The notes: generated from the sequence alone by a model not told the origin. A stretch of 64,000 nt of DNA from a virus (IMGVR_UViG_3300019889_000013:508-64507), one strand, 5' to 3'. Shown: positions 8,573 to 17,802, numbered from the stretch's first letter. Program-made: numbers and translations.

Positions 8573-8959
8573 TCAGACAGGCGTGTTGTCCATCAGCACG
8601 CAGACGATGCCGGGTTTGAAGGCTGCCTTGCGGGTGTCGTGCTGGATGGGCACGCTCTTGTGCGGCGTCTCGCCGAACAGGACCGCGTCGAAGGTTGGCA
8701 GCGTCTGGCGGTTGAACTCGCGGCTGTTGCCGCTGTCGTGGTAGCAGACGTCGACACACTGGGGCGGGCCGCCGTGGTTGTAGGGCTGGAAGGCGAATGT
8801 GATCCGCTTGTCCTCGCTGGTCTTGACGGTGATGGTGAAGCCGCCGTTCGGGATGTCGATGCAGAGGTGCGGATTCTTGTTGAACTGCGCGTAGCCTGCC
8901 GCTTCGGCGTCGTCGGCGGTGACCGGCGGGAATGGGACCACGTTGTGGATGTCAGTCAT
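8573..8959 (-). CDS. hypothetical protein
   Basis: MTDIHNVVPF..., AAGGAGG RBS. Confidence 0.7.
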   Translation of the reverse strand: MTDIHNVVPFPPVTADDAEAAGYAQFNKNPHLCIDIPNGGFTITVKTSEDKRITFAFQPYNHGGPPQCVDVCYHDSGNSREFNRQTLPTFDAVLFGETPHKSVPIQHDTRKAAFKPGIVCVLMDNTPV

Positions 8960-9756
8960 ATTGCCTCCTTGGGGGTGAGTTGCTGGATGACGTAGCGGGC
9001 GGCGTAGATGCCCGCGTTGTTGAGGTGCCGCTGCCATGCTCCCTCGCTCGGAGCCCAGCGGAACCCGTGCCGCTTGAGCAGCGCGCGGGTGGCATCGTCC
9101 GGCTTGCCGGGGAAGATGATCTGGACGCGGTTGGCGTCGGTGTTTTCGTGGATTTTGAAACCAAGGTTCGTCTCGGTCACCTTGTCGACGCGCGTGGCGG
9201 CTCGCTCCAGTTGCTCGATGCGTGCCTTTGTCTGGCGGATCACCGCGCTTGCGTTCGACAGGGCGTAGCTCGGGATGCCCTTGCGACCGGCAAAGTCCGG
9301 CGTCAGCACCGCGCCGATTGTGCTTTCCTTGAAGCCCAGTGCGGCGAGCGCGGCGACCGGGTCTTTGCTGCGCACCGCCTTGTTGGTGGCGACCATCGTC
9401 GCCTGATCGGCCTCCAGCTTGGCAAGCTTGGCCTTGAGCAGGTCAATCGCGTCCGGGTTGTCGCTCGATATCCCGGCGTAATCCATCCCGGCGACGCGGC
9501 TCTCGATCTTGTCGGCCTCGCGGTTGAGCATGACCGACTTGTCGATGTTGCCGATTGCCTTGGCGCGGTAGTTGCGGTCGCGGCTTTCGCTGTGGTGACC
9601 GACGAGGATCGGCTGGCCGAACGGGATGGCGTGTAGGTCATCCCAGCCGCGCTTCGAGCGGGCGTTGGCTTCGTTGCGCAGGCGCTCGGCTCGGGCTTCG
9701 AGGCGTTCGCGCTTGGCTTCCTGCTTGGCGTGGTAGTCACTGACTGGCATTTTCAT
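8956..9756 (-). CDS. DUF3560-domain protein
   Basis: IPFGQPILVGHHSE.RDRNYR, ISSDNPDA and RVQIIFPGKPD...LK.HGFRWAPS..AWQR motifs. Confidence 0.85.
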   Translation of the reverse strand: MKMPVSDYHAKQEAKRERLEARAERLRNEANARSKRGWDDLHAIPFGQPILVGHHSESRDRNYRAKAIGNIDKSVMLNREADKIESRVAGMDYAGISSDNPDAIDLLKAKLAKLEADQATMVATNKAVRSKDPVAALAALGFKESTIGAVLTPDFAGRKGIPSYALSNASAVIRQTKARIEQLERAATRVDKVTETNLGFKIHENTDANRVQIIFPGKPDDATRALLKRHGFRWAPSEGAWQRHLNNAGIYAARYVIQQLTPKEAI

Positions 9757-9803
9757 TCCCCTTGCTGCTGGTTGGGCAACCGGCCCGTGGGCCGGAAACC
9801 GAA

Positions 9804-10058
9804 CTAGCTCGACAGGACTTTGTAACTTTCCCAGTCCTCGTAGCGGATCACCGGCGTTCCATCCGGGTCTGTGCCGCCCCACATCGGGCCGGTCAATCCG
9901 GCGAACTGGGGCTGTCCCTGCAACTCCTTGCGAAGGTGCGTGGCATTCTGGGTGCCGATGTGCTGGAAGCCGCGTGCCGCGAAGGCGGCGACCGGGTCGA
10001 AGGTGTCGAACCGTTCGCTCTGGCTGGCGCTGTTGGTGACGATCTGGAACTTGGTCAT
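9804..10058 (-). CDS. hypothetical protein
   Basis: First gene behind the promoter at 10083-10128; LR.ELQGQP.F.GL.GPM. Confidence 0.7.
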   Translation of the reverse strand: MTKFQIVTNSASQSERFDTFDPVAAFAARGFQHIGTQNATHLRKELQGQPQFAGLTGPMWGGTDPDGTPVIRYEDWESYKVLSS

Positions 10059-10082
10059 TTGGTTTCTCCCGTTTCTATCCGT

Positions 10083-10128
10083 ACCGTACTACGATATTCA
10101 AATGGGTGTCAATGGTGTGTACTACGAT
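10083..10128 (-). promoter_or_regulatory. sigma70-like promoter with two ATCGTAGTAC motif copies
   Basis: TTGACA at 10107-10112 (minus strand); motifs at 10085-10095 and 10118-10128. Confidence 0.7.
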
Positions 10129-10432
10129 ATTTTGCAATGTGGCTGAACATGAACTCGGGCGTGGTCGTGCTGCGATCTGTCATTGAGCACCAGTAGTCGT
10201 TGCCGATCTTCTGGAACGTCGAGGCGATGCTGCCGGTCAGGTGCTCGCAGATACGGAACCCGGCGGCGCAGTAGACCGGCGGCAGCATGCCGAGAAACTC
10301 GTCGTAGATGTCTTCATCGATCTGCCAGAACTTGCCCAGCATCTGGTGCGCCGGGTAGCCGTTGCGGCTGTAGTCGTTGAGGTTGGCGTAGTGCTGGGTG
10401 CGGTCGCCCCGTGCGGATTTCAGTTGGATCAT
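10109..10432 (-). CDS. DUF1419-like protein
   Basis: WQIDEDIYDEFLGMLPP...F.I.E.LTGSIAS.F; may extend upstream to 10552. Confidence 0.6.
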   Translation of the reverse strand: MIQLKSARGDRTQHYANLNDYSRNGYPAHQMLGKFWQIDEDIYDEFLGMLPPVYCAAGFRICEHLTGSIASTFQKIGNDYWCSMTDRSTTTPEFMFSHIAKYRSTHH

Positions 10433-10548
10433 TTCAAAATTCCTTTGCTGTTGAAGCTCATTTGTTCTGCTGCTCAATTCGAGGAGCGCTATGACGAGGA
10501 GGAAAGCGGCGATTCCGCAGATGATGATCGCGCCAACTTCTCCATCCT

Positions 10549-10791
10549 TCACTTGTCGTCATCCTTTTTTCCCCACCAAAATCCAGCGTCGCGCTCCTTC
10601 TTGGCTGCCTCCACGTCTTCATCCGTGACCCCCCAGCCCGCCAGCGCCATCAGGACGAAGGCGACCCCGTACCAGAGCGCCAAGCCGCCAAGGTTCTGGA
10701 AGAAGGCGATGGGCATCGTTTCAACAGCGATGGGCGTGGCGATCATGGAAAGGGCGACGTAACCGCCTAGCTCAAGCAATTTCTTCATCAT
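10549..10791 (-). CDS. small membrane protein
   Basis: Two hydrophobic segments. Confidence 0.6.
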   Translation of the reverse strand: MMKKLLELGGYVALSMIATPIAVETMPIAFFQNLGGLALWYGVAFVLMALAGWGVTDEDVEAAKKERDAGFWWGKKDDDK

Positions 10792-10985
10792 AATTCCGCT
10801 CCATCGTGGAGCACGGGCTTGCCTTCCTTCTCGGCGAGCATCACCGCTATCTCGTAGGCCTTGACCTTGGCGCGGCGACCCTTCTGCAATTCCTGCCTTG
10901 CCAGTTCCTGCGCATCGAACGTCCGCAGCGCGCGAACCTCGACCCGCTCGCCCTTCCAGAAACACACATATCCAAACATGATCAT
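10788..10985 (-). CDS. hypothetical protein
   Basis: GY.CFW.G.R.EV.A..T.DAQ..A...I.VMLAEK. Confidence 0.7.
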   Translation of the reverse strand: MIMFGYVCFWKGERVEVRALRTFDAQELARQELQKGRRAKVKAYEIAVMLAEKEGKPVLHDGAEL

Positions 10986-11002
10986 TCTCCCTTTCGACTC
11001 GG

Positions 11003-11050
11003 AGTGTAAACGATGGTTACAAGAGCGTCAACAGGAAATCGTACTACGAA
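11003..11050 (-). promoter_or_regulatory. sigma70-like promoter with upstream motif
   Basis: TTGACG-17nt-TACACT; motif at 11040-11050. Confidence 0.75.
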
Positions 11051-11055
11051 ACTAT

Positions 11056-11274
11056 TTATTTGAATGTCACTCCCTTGCCGTACTGCCACTCGAAGCAGCA
11101 GGCGTCGCCTTCGTCGGTGACGATCACCCGGCGGGTCATGCCGATCTGCGCGCCGACACAGTGGCAGTAGTGGTGGGCGGCCTTGACCGCCTCCTCTGCC
11201 GTGACGCCGCGCCGGACATATTCGTGGCTGTCGTCCTCGAAGAACTGCACCACGTTGAATGTCTCTTCGGTCAT
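11056..11274 (-). CDS. conserved phage hypothetical protein
   Basis: FNVVQFFED..HEYVRR...AEEAV...RRVIVTDEGD.CCFEW..GKG. Confidence 0.75.
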   Translation of the reverse strand: MTEETFNVVQFFEDDSHEYVRRGVTAEEAVKAAHHYCHCVGAQIGMTRRVIVTDEGDACCFEWQYGKGVTFK

Positions 11275-11666
11275 TTGCCTGCCTCCATCTTGTCGGCGAG
11301 CGGCGAGATCACCTCGTTCCAGATCGCGTCGGTTGCTTCGGTGATGCCGTAGTCGGCGACCAGATCGTAGCCGTCGTTGCCGTAGACGAGGAAGAACCAG
11401 CCCCGGCGCTTGCCTTCGGCGTCGAAGATCACAACGTGCTCCTCGTCGGTCTGCCACATCTCGTTCATGATCGCCCGGTAGTTGCGGCTCTTCTTGATCG
11501 GCTTGTCCTCGCCGTTGTCGATGGTGACCGAGAAGCCCCGGCGCAGGCAGGCCTTGACCAAGGCGCTCGCCATGCGGCGTTCGAGTTCCATGCGGCGGGC
11601 ACCGGCGGTCCAGCCCTTTTCGAGCGCGCGCTTGATCCCGTGGTTGAAAGAGTTCTCTGTCATCAT
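11271..11666 (-). CDS. hypothetical protein
   Basis: ERR.A..LV...L..G....D.GE...W..LVYGNDG.D...DY. Confidence 0.75.
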   Translation of the reverse strand: MMTENSFNHGIKRALEKGWTAGARRMELERRMASALVKACLRRGFSVTIDNGEDKPIKKSRNYRAIMNEMWQTDEEHVVIFDAEGKRRGWFFLVYGNDGYDLVADYGITEATDAIWNEVISPLADKMEAGK

Positions 11667-11803
11667 TTCCTCCTGTTGAGCCATTCTACGGCAGCTTCCT
11701 TGCTGTCGAACCTGCCGGACAGCGGCGTCTGGTGCGGACCCCGCACGACGTACCAGCCACCCAGCAGCTTGTTGAAGATGATCTTCACGGTGACCTTGGC
11801 CAT
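11663..11803 (-). CDS. 46-aa hypothetical protein (below cutoff)
   Basis: MAKVTVKIIFNKLLGGWYVVRGPHQTPLSGRFDSKEAAVEWLNRRK, AAGGAG RBS. Confidence 0.7.
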   Translation of the reverse strand: MAKVTVKIIFNKLLGGWYVVRGPHQTPLSGRFDSKEAAVEWLNRRK

Positions 11804-11830
11804 CTTTTCTCCTTGTTTTTACGCTCTCTG

Positions 11831-11879
11831 TGTACTATGTAATTGCAAAACCGTAACACGTCAAGAGTTTCGTAGTACG
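11831..11879. promoter_or_regulatory. divergent promoter region with motif copies
   Basis: Minus-strand TTGACG at 11859-11864; plus-strand TTCGTAGTACG at 11869-11879. Confidence 0.6.
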
Positions 11880-11907
11880 ATTTTTGAAATAAAAGAGGAG
11901 TCCGCTA

Positions 11908-12093
11908 ATGGATATGAATGTTGAAAAGAAAAAGGTCGGGCGGCCACCGTCGAGAAAGCGTCTTTTGACCCTGCGTCTCGAACCCGAAGTCGTTGACTAC
12001 TTCCGTGCCACCGGCCCCGGCTGGTTGCAGCGGGTCAACGATACCCTGAAGAAGTCGATGAAGGCGCAGATCGCCCGCCAGCGTCATGAATGA
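11908..12093 (+). CDS. BrnA-family (DUF4415) antitoxin, orphan
   Basis: GRPP...K...TLRLEPEVVDYFRATGPGWLQRVNDTL; no BrnT toxin adjacent. Confidence 0.85.
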   Translation: MDMNVEKKKVGRPPSRKRLLTLRLEPEVVDYFRATGPGWLQRVNDTLKKSMKAQIARQRHE

Positions 12094-12274
12094 GCCGGAC
12101 ATCATCATCAATGGCCGTCAGTTGACGGTCGGGCAGGCGATGACCGTGCGCGTCGCCATCTCGGCTTTCAGCATGCAGCTTGGTGCGATAGGTGATGATG
12201 TGCATGGCCGCCGCATGGCCGCCGCCTATATGGAACGGCTCCGGGAAATCTCTCTTCTGATGCACCCGGACTAA
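12086..12274 (+). CDS. hypothetical protein
   Basis: EP.I.ING..LT.GQAMTVRVAI..F...LG.D.HG...Y..RL.EI. Confidence 0.75.
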   Translation: MNEPDIIINGRQLTVGQAMTVRVAISAFSMQLGAIGDDVHGRRMAAAYMERLREISLLMHPD

Positions 12275-12280
12275 AAGAAT

Positions 12281-12325
12281 TTCGGTGGAGGCGGTCGTGA
12301 ACGGTCGCTACCAACCCTCCACCGG
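12281..12325. terminator. hairpin between convergent genes
   Basis: cggtggag...ctccaccg stem, A-run on the left side. Confidence 0.5.
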
Positions 12326-12333
12326 AACGGGCG

Positions 12334-12573
12334 TCACCGACCTCCTTTCTCCCCCGTTTGTTGGTCGGTGGCGCTCACTTTGTACTGCTCACTCTGGACG
12401 GCCCACTCGTAATCCAACTGCACCATTTCAGACGGGCGGCCCTCCTGCTCAGCGATCAGATCGCGCAGGAAGCACATGTAGCGCTGGTTATAATGCCGCT
12501 CCAGCCCGCCAATCGGCAGGCGCAGCAGGCGGAAATATTCCGCGCGGGCGTAGGGGAGTATGTCGGTTTTCAA
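12334..12573 (-). CDS. hypothetical protein
   Basis: 79-aa ORF coupled to the MTase. Confidence 0.6.
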   Translation of the reverse strand: MKTDILPYARAEYFRLLRLPIGGLERHYNQRYMCFLRDLIAEQEGRPSEMVQLDYEWAVQSEQYKVSATDQQTGEKGGR

Positions 12574-13259
12574 AAGAGTTCTCCCTGTCTTGGCTTGCGG
12601 TCGAGGCGCTTGAAAAGCGTGTCGCCCCGGTGGCCCTTATCCCAGATGAACCACGCATTGTTCTGCGGCGGTGCTCCCTGCCCGGTGAAATCGATCTTCC
12701 ATGTCAAGAGATAGACGACCGCCGGTGGGTGCTTGTCCCAGACCCGGCCCAGACCGCCAGCGCTTGGCCATGTGAACGGCAGCAGCAGCGCCATGTAGTC
12801 GATGTCGAGCGTGCCCAGCGCATGGGTGATCCACCTGCCCTTGCCGTCGCGGACGTTGACGAGGCTGAACGGCGGATTGGTGACCAGCGCCGGGGCGGGC
12901 GGCTTGTCATAATCGAAGAAGGATTTTATCTCGGCACCGATGCCCCGGTCGATGATATCGGAGGTGACGATCTTGGCGGGCAGCGCCTTGGCGAGTTCCT
13001 TTGCCATTGCGGCCTCGCCTGCGGCAGGCTCCCAAATCTTCTTGAATCCACTGAGGCGCTTGCCCTCGACCCGGAGCAATGCCCGCGTGACGTCGGCCGG
13101 GGTACTGTAAAAATCATGCGAAATGCGGTCGATTGGCTTGGAAACCTTGCCGGTGGCGGCGAAAAGCCCGCGTGCCGAACGCAGTACAGTTTTGCCGGAT
13201 GTACCATTCCCTACTTTGTCGTCGGCCTTGGCCATGCCTGCGGTGGCTCCCAGCGCCAA
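12570..13259 (-). CDS. orphan DNA methyltransferase (amino-type, NPPF)
   Basis: DFYSTP, IWEPAAGEAAM (motif I), TSDI, VTNPPF (motif IV); start uncertain. Confidence 0.85.
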   Translation of the reverse strand: MALGATAGMAKADDKVGNGTSGKTVLRSARGLFAATGKVSKPIDRISHDFYSTPADVTRALLRVEGKRLSGFKKIWEPAAGEAAMAKELAKALPAKIVTSDIIDRGIGAEIKSFFDYDKPPAPALVTNPPFSLVNVRDGKGRWITHALGTLDIDYMALLLPFTWPSAGGLGRVWDKHPPAVVYLLTWKIDFTGQGAPPQNNAWFIWDKGHRGDTLFKRLDRKPRQGELF

Positions 13260-13529
13260 AATCGCGCCCTGAATATTTGACTTTGTCTTAGCAGGTTACT
13301 TTGCTTTGCTTCAAAAGTTACGTAGTACAGGAAAAACAGTGTTTTCGATTAGAACCGTATTTTACGGTTTCCTGCCCCGTGGAGGCATCGTGGAACGCGA
13401 CGAAGATTTTAGATCAGATCGTCCATGACATCCTCGCCGCGCTTCTGTAACCCCTGTCTACGTCGATTTACACTTTTTTACGGTTGTACCATAAAACAGG
13501 GGTATTTCAACTCACGGTTGTACTACGAA

Positions 13530-13949
13530 TTATGCGGCTGCGGGCGGCTCGTCGTCAGGCTCGTCCGCGTCGTCGGGATAAGGCTTCAACACCTCCTCGA
13601 CATATTTGTCCCAGCCGTGCTCGGAGATGAACATCAGCCGCATCATCACATGGTGCATCTGCGCCCCGGTGCATTCGAGGTGGGTTTTGCCGGTCGCGTC
13701 CGGTTCGCCCCGGCTGGACTCGGCCACCACCTTCTCCAGTTCCTCGCCTGCGGGCGTGCCCATCTGAAAAATGCCGGTAACGTTGCGGATGCCCGACATT
13801 TTCAGTTCGGCGTCGGGATGCTCCATGATCCACTTCACCCCGGCCTCCAGCATGTCGTTGCACACCTTCTCGTAGAGTGCGCCCCCCATGCTGCCATCGG
13901 CGGCAAAGCCCGATATCTCGCCCATCTCCGCTGTATGCCTATAATTCAT
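13530..13949 (-). CDS. hypothetical protein
   Basis: Y.HT.EMGEISGF...YE..C...GV.W...CTGAQMH...GWDKYV. Confidence 0.75.
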   Translation of the reverse strand: MNYRHTAEMGEISGFAADGSMGGALYEKVCNDMLEAGVKWIMEHPDAELKMSGIRNVTGIFQMGTPAGEELEKVVAESSRGEPDATGKTHLECTGAQMHHVMMRLMFISEHGWDKYVEEVLKPYPDDADEPDDEPPAAA

Positions 13950-14109
13950 CTCGGCCTCTCCTTAGCCAGCTTGCCAACGATAAAGATCAGCCCGACCATG
14001 ATCAGGTCGAAAAAGAAGTCCAGCCAAGCCGGACTGATCAGTGAAAGGAAGGTGATCGTGGCAGCGGCAGACAACGCCGCCGCCATGATGCGCTGCTTCA
14101 GCCAGTCGA

Positions 14110-14904
14110 TCATCCCGCGATCTTGTCGTAGTTGACGCCGCACACGTCGGCGATCTTGCGCATGACCGCCGTCTCGGCATCGCTGATGCCGCCGGTGTCG
14201 GCAACGTCGAGCGCCACCAGCACGATGGCCTGACCCATCTTGCCGCTCTTGTCGCGTTCAACCACCTGCCGGATTTCCTCCATCAATTCGGCCTTGCCCA
14301 TGCGGGTGCCGGTCTTCTTAGTCATCTTGCCCAGCACCTGCTCGACCTCGCTGCCCGAAAAAGAGGCAGCGATGGCGCTGTTTGACATCATCACTTCGAG
14401 CGCCTTGTCGAACTCCTCGTCGTCAATGCCACCTTCGGCCGCTGCCGTCATGGCGCAGGCGGCGCACAGGCCTTCGAGAAAATCCTTGTTGCCAGAGAAC
14501 TGGTTGACTGCGTCTTTGGCTTTTGATCCCAACAGATTCGATAATAGTCCCATTGTCGTAACTCCCATTTGGTTAAAATAGGCGATGGCCTTCGTGACCA
14601 TTGCCGCATGCCCCGCGACAGCCTCGTCCCACGTCGCATAACGGTCGATGTCGTGGTCGATGCCGTCCTCGCGGTCCTTCGTAAACACCATCGTTTCGAA
14701 CAGGCTCGGCGGCCCGACGCCGCTCCAGTTGTAGTCGATGCCGCTGAACACCGTCGAGATTTCGAACTGCTCGGTGATGGTCAGGGCGACGCTGCGGGCC
14801 TCCGGGTAATCCTCGAACCAAACCGCCCACGTCATCAGGTCGCAGGAGGTGATCGAGTGGTCGGGGTTGAGGATGTACTTGGTGTGCCAATGGTCGTCGG
14901 TCAT
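14110..14904 (-). CDS. in-frame fusion of a conserved phage domain and a TerB-family domain (internal start likely at 14553)
   Basis: N-part ISTVF.GID...GPP.LFETMVF...RY.TW.EA..GH; C-part NKDFLEG.CAACA..AAAEG.IDDEE...VAD..GI...E..V...IA; GGGAG RBS before ATG 14553. Confidence 0.75.
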   Translation of the reverse strand: MTDDHWHTKYILNPDHSITSCDLMTWAVWFEDYPEARSVALTITEQFEISTVFSGIDYNWSGVGPPSLFETMVFTKDREDGIDHDIDRYATWDEAVAGHAAMVTKAIAYFNQMGVTTMGLLSNLLGSKAKDAVNQFSGNKDFLEGLCAACAMTAAAEGGIDDEEFDKALEVMMSNSAIAASFSGSEVEQVLGKMTKKTGTRMGKAELMEEIRQVVERDKSGKMGQAIVLVALDVADTGGISDAETAVMRKIADVCGVNYDKIAG

Positions 14905-14905
14905 G

Positions 14906-15358
14906 TCACTTCAGCATTTTTTCGACCAGATCGATCATGTCCATCGCCGGTCGCGCCTTGGCGTTGGTCTGCTCGGCCAGCACCTTGTGCGCCTCGTCGT
15001 GCTCGCGCGCCGCCTCTGTCAGCCGCTGCTGGTACTGGTTGTCGATCTCGAACGCCTTCAGCGTGTGGTCGCGCTTGATCTCCTGAAGCTGGTCGCGGGC
15101 GAATTGCAGCCGGGACCGCGCCAGTTCGATCAGGCGGCTGGCGTCGAGGCCCTGCTGCGGGGCGACGCGGATATGGGTTGATTCCCGGACCACCGAATTG
15201 ACGGTGGCGTTCTCCACCTGCGGCGCTTCCGCCGCTATGTTCAGTTCGTTGATGGCTGATTCCATCTTCTTCATTGCGTCGTGTTCGGTCATTGCGTCTT
15301 CTCCTTTGAGTTTTGTGATGACGTTGCGCCAGAATTTGTTCGAGTGGATGTCGGTCAC
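14906..15358 (-). CDS. coiled-coil hypothetical protein
   Basis: 150-aa ORF, helical heptads; start uncertain. Confidence 0.65.
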   Translation of the reverse strand: MTDIHSNKFWRNVITKLKGEDAMTEHDAMKKMESAINELNIAAEAPQVENATVNSVVRESTHIRVAPQQGLDASRLIELARSRLQFARDQLQEIKRDHTLKAFEIDNQYQQRLTEAAREHDEAHKVLAEQTNAKARPAMDMIDLVEKMLK

Positions 15359-15900
15359 GGTTCCACCTCCATGACCATGCCGTACCCGGCCTTGAAGATA
15401 TCGGCCGGGGAGTGTTCTTCAGTCAGTTGGCCATCCGTGCGGATGACCCAGTCGCCGCCGGTGACGGCGGGTGGAAAGACGCTGATCACCCGGTCGTTGC
15501 CGAAGCGGATCAGTGTGCCCATGTTGTCCGTCTCGCCGCGACGGGCGATGTAGGCCATCAGGTGCGGATCGCGCCATGCGTCCGGGTGGCCCGGATCGAC
15601 CCAGACCTGTAGCACCGGGATCGAGGCGGCAAAGCCGGTGATCTCGTCGCGCACGGTGACGAAGTCCGGCATGATGTCGATGACGTAGTGGCTGCGGTCT
15701 GGGCGCTTCAGGTCGTCGGCGTCGTCGTTGACCAGCCAGCGGCAGTTCCACACCTTGCACGAAAACGGCATGCGCATCGTGTTGTAGACCATACAGCCCT
15801 TGCCGGTGCGCTGGTGGGCGCAGCGGGTGTTGGCGAGCTTGCCGATCTCCTTGACCGGCAAAAGCTTGCAGCAGAGTTGGCAGTCGCCGCAGGTTCTCAT
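15355..15900 (-). CDS. CxxCxxCC Zn/Fe-chelating domain protein (YkgJ-like)
   Basis: RTCGDCQLCCKLL...C.H...GC.VY...P.SC..W.C.WL. Confidence 0.8.
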   Translation of the reverse strand: MRTCGDCQLCCKLLPVKEIGKLANTRCAHQRTGKGCMVYNTMRMPFSCKVWNCRWLVNDDADDLKRPDRSHYVIDIMPDFVTVRDEITGFAASIPVLQVWVDPGHPDAWRDPHLMAYIARRGETDNMGTLIRFGNDRVISVFPPAVTGGDWVIRTDGQLTEEHSPADIFKAGYGMVMEVEP

Positions 15901-16406
15901 GACCACCCCTTCAAAATGCTTGTCATCGTCCCTGACGTGTTGGTGAAATCCTCGGCGTCGACCCGTGGCCCGAGAAAATTCATGCCCCGGCGCGGCTGTG
16001 TCACCAGCCAGCGGCTATGCGCCTGCTCGTTGCGGTCGACGGAGAGCACGTAGAGGATGTCGTCACGCTCGCTCTTGGGCAGATCACCCGGCGGCGTATA
16101 GTTCGGCCCCGGCATCTCCTTGTAGACGGCAAGCCATGCCTCCGAGATGAAGGCGTAGCAGTCGGCCTTGAGCGCATAGGCGGTCTTGCGCAGGAAATAG
16201 ACCGCCGCCATCTTCTCGTTTTCATTCTCCCACGGCGTCTCGATCCAGACGATGCGCGGGCCGCTGCCAATGAGCCACATGAACGGCGCTTTGCCCTTCA
16301 GGCTGAACTCGTTCTCGGCGAAGCTGGCCGCCATCTCATGCAGCAGCGCCCGCGTGGCGCGTACCGGGGAGAGGTTGTCGGTAGTGAAAAGCTGCGGTGC
16401 GCTCAT
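15897..16406 (-). CDS. hypothetical protein
   Basis: 169 aa, W.N..EK...YAFISEAW motif. Confidence 0.7.
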   Translation of the reverse strand: MSAPQLFTTDNLSPVRATRALLHEMAASFAENEFSLKGKAPFMWLIGSGPRIVWIETPWENENEKMAAVYFLRKTAYALKADCYAFISEAWLAVYKEMPGPNYTPPGDLPKSERDDILYVLSVDRNEQAHSRWLVTQPRRGMNFLGPRVDAEDFTNTSGTMTSILKGWS

Positions 16407-16572
16407 GGTAATTCCCCTGATATCGTTTTATTGCCGCGCTTGGTCAGCACCCGCACCGCGATGTCGACAACCAGTCCGGCGTCGTCGGCGAGGCGGAACA
16501 GTTCCTGCATGGCGGCGATGAAGGCCGGGGCCTTCTCCGCTGGCAGCATGGTGGCGATCATCTCTTCGGTGT

Positions 16573-16887
16573 TCATGACTTGCCCTCCAACAGCTTGGCG
16601 AAGGTGGCTTGTCCTTCCGGGCTATTGGCCCATGCCTCGCTCTCTTCGCTGTCGGCGTCGAAGTCGCCGTCGATCACCCGCTGGCGCAGGGCGATGATCG
16701 CGCGCATGCGCCTGCCATCGGGGCAGCCTTGGGCAGCGCCGGACAGCATGTCGACCAGTCCCATCGTCGGCGTCGCCTGCGGTGACAGGTAGTCGTGGAA
16801 CATGTCCTGCCGCGCCAGCTTGGCCATCGTGGTCAGGCCGACCTCGTCCAGTGCCTTTGCCAGTAGTTCGGAGGTGCGGGCGGTCAT
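16573..16887 (-). CDS. hypothetical protein
   Basis: HDYLS..ATP...RVIDGDFDA..EES.AWA.SPEGQ. Confidence 0.75.
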   Translation of the reverse strand: MTARTSELLAKALDEVGLTTMAKLARQDMFHDYLSPQATPTMGLVDMLSGAAQGCPDGRRMRAIIALRQRVIDGDFDADSEESEAWANSPEGQATFAKLLEGKS

Positions 16888-17186
16888 TGGTCTTTCTCCT
16901 TCGATATCGCACGGATCACATCAGCACGAGCTTTCTCGACTTTATTCGACACTTCATTCCACCCGTAGCTTGACTCAAGCGAGCCCAACTGTTCGGCAGC
17001 AGAGATCAGCTTTGACAGAGCGTTGTTGATCTTGGTCCGTTCTGCCTTAGTCATCCTGTCTGGCCGCATTTCCACAAGCGCGGCGGTGATCACGGCGATG
17101 GCGCAGGTCCGGTAGTCGGATTTGTTCTCGGCTTCGATGATCAGCGCCTTGGTCCCGGCGGCAACGACCTGCTCGGTCAGGCTCAT
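16884..17186 (-). CDS. hypothetical protein
   Basis: 100-aa ORF, GGAG RBS. Confidence 0.6.
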   Translation of the reverse strand: MSLTEQVVAAGTKALIIEAENKSDYRTCAIAVITAALVEMRPDRMTKAERTKINNALSKLISAAEQLGSLESSYGWNEVSNKVEKARADVIRAISKEKDQ

Positions 17187-17422
17187 GCCGGTATCTCCGC
17201 CTTGTAGCGGTCAAAGCCGGTGAAGCGACCGTGGTCGTGGACGAGTTCATCCCACTCACCCATCGTGTCGCGGTAGACGATGCGGCGGTCGCCGTAAGCC
17301 TCGTAGGCGTCCTTGACCACCGCTTCGGCGGCGTTGGTGATGCTCATGCCACCATTGTCGTCATCGACAATGAAGATGATGTCTTCGGTCTGTTTGTGCA
17401 GCGTCCATGAAACAGGTTTCAT
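17183..17422 (-). CDS. conserved phage hypothetical protein
   Basis: I.I.D.D.G.MSITNAAE.VV......RIVYRDTMG.WDEL.H..G.F.GF. Confidence 0.75.
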   Translation of the reverse strand: MKPVSWTLHKQTEDIIFIVDDDNGGMSITNAAEAVVKDAYEAYGDRRIVYRDTMGEWDELVHDHGRFTGFDRYKAEIPA

Positions 17423-17571
17423 TCGGGCTCCCTTTCGTTTGCGGTACTCGTTGAGTTGACGGCGCTCGTCGCGCATGCGGTCCAGTTGCGAATGCAGCTT
17501 GCCGACTTCGTGACGCCAGTGGTTCAAATCGGTCTGCTGCTGCCGCAAGCGGTTGTTGATGATGACGAAGC

Positions 17572-17802
17572 TCACAGCCACACCTCGACAATGGTGGCGT
17601 AGTCGTCCTCCTGCCGGTCGATGCAGACGAGGCCGCGCAGGCGCATTTCGTGCCGGACATCCTTCAGCTTGGGCGAGGTGACGATGTCGCCGGTGGTAAC
17701 CAGCACGCCGCCGCCGTGAACCTCCGACCGGCGGGCGATGAACACATCCGGGAAGTCGCTCGGATGGTCGTAGACCGTCCACATGGAAATATGTCCGGGC
17801 AT
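17572..17802 (-). CDS. conserved phage hypothetical protein
   Basis: WTVYDHPSDFPD.FIARR...GL..I.R...D...IVEVW. Confidence 0.75.
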   Translation of the reverse strand: MPGHISMWTVYDHPSDFPDVFIARRSEVHGGGVLVTTGDIVTSPKLKDVRHEMRLRGLVCIDRQEDDYATIVEVWL

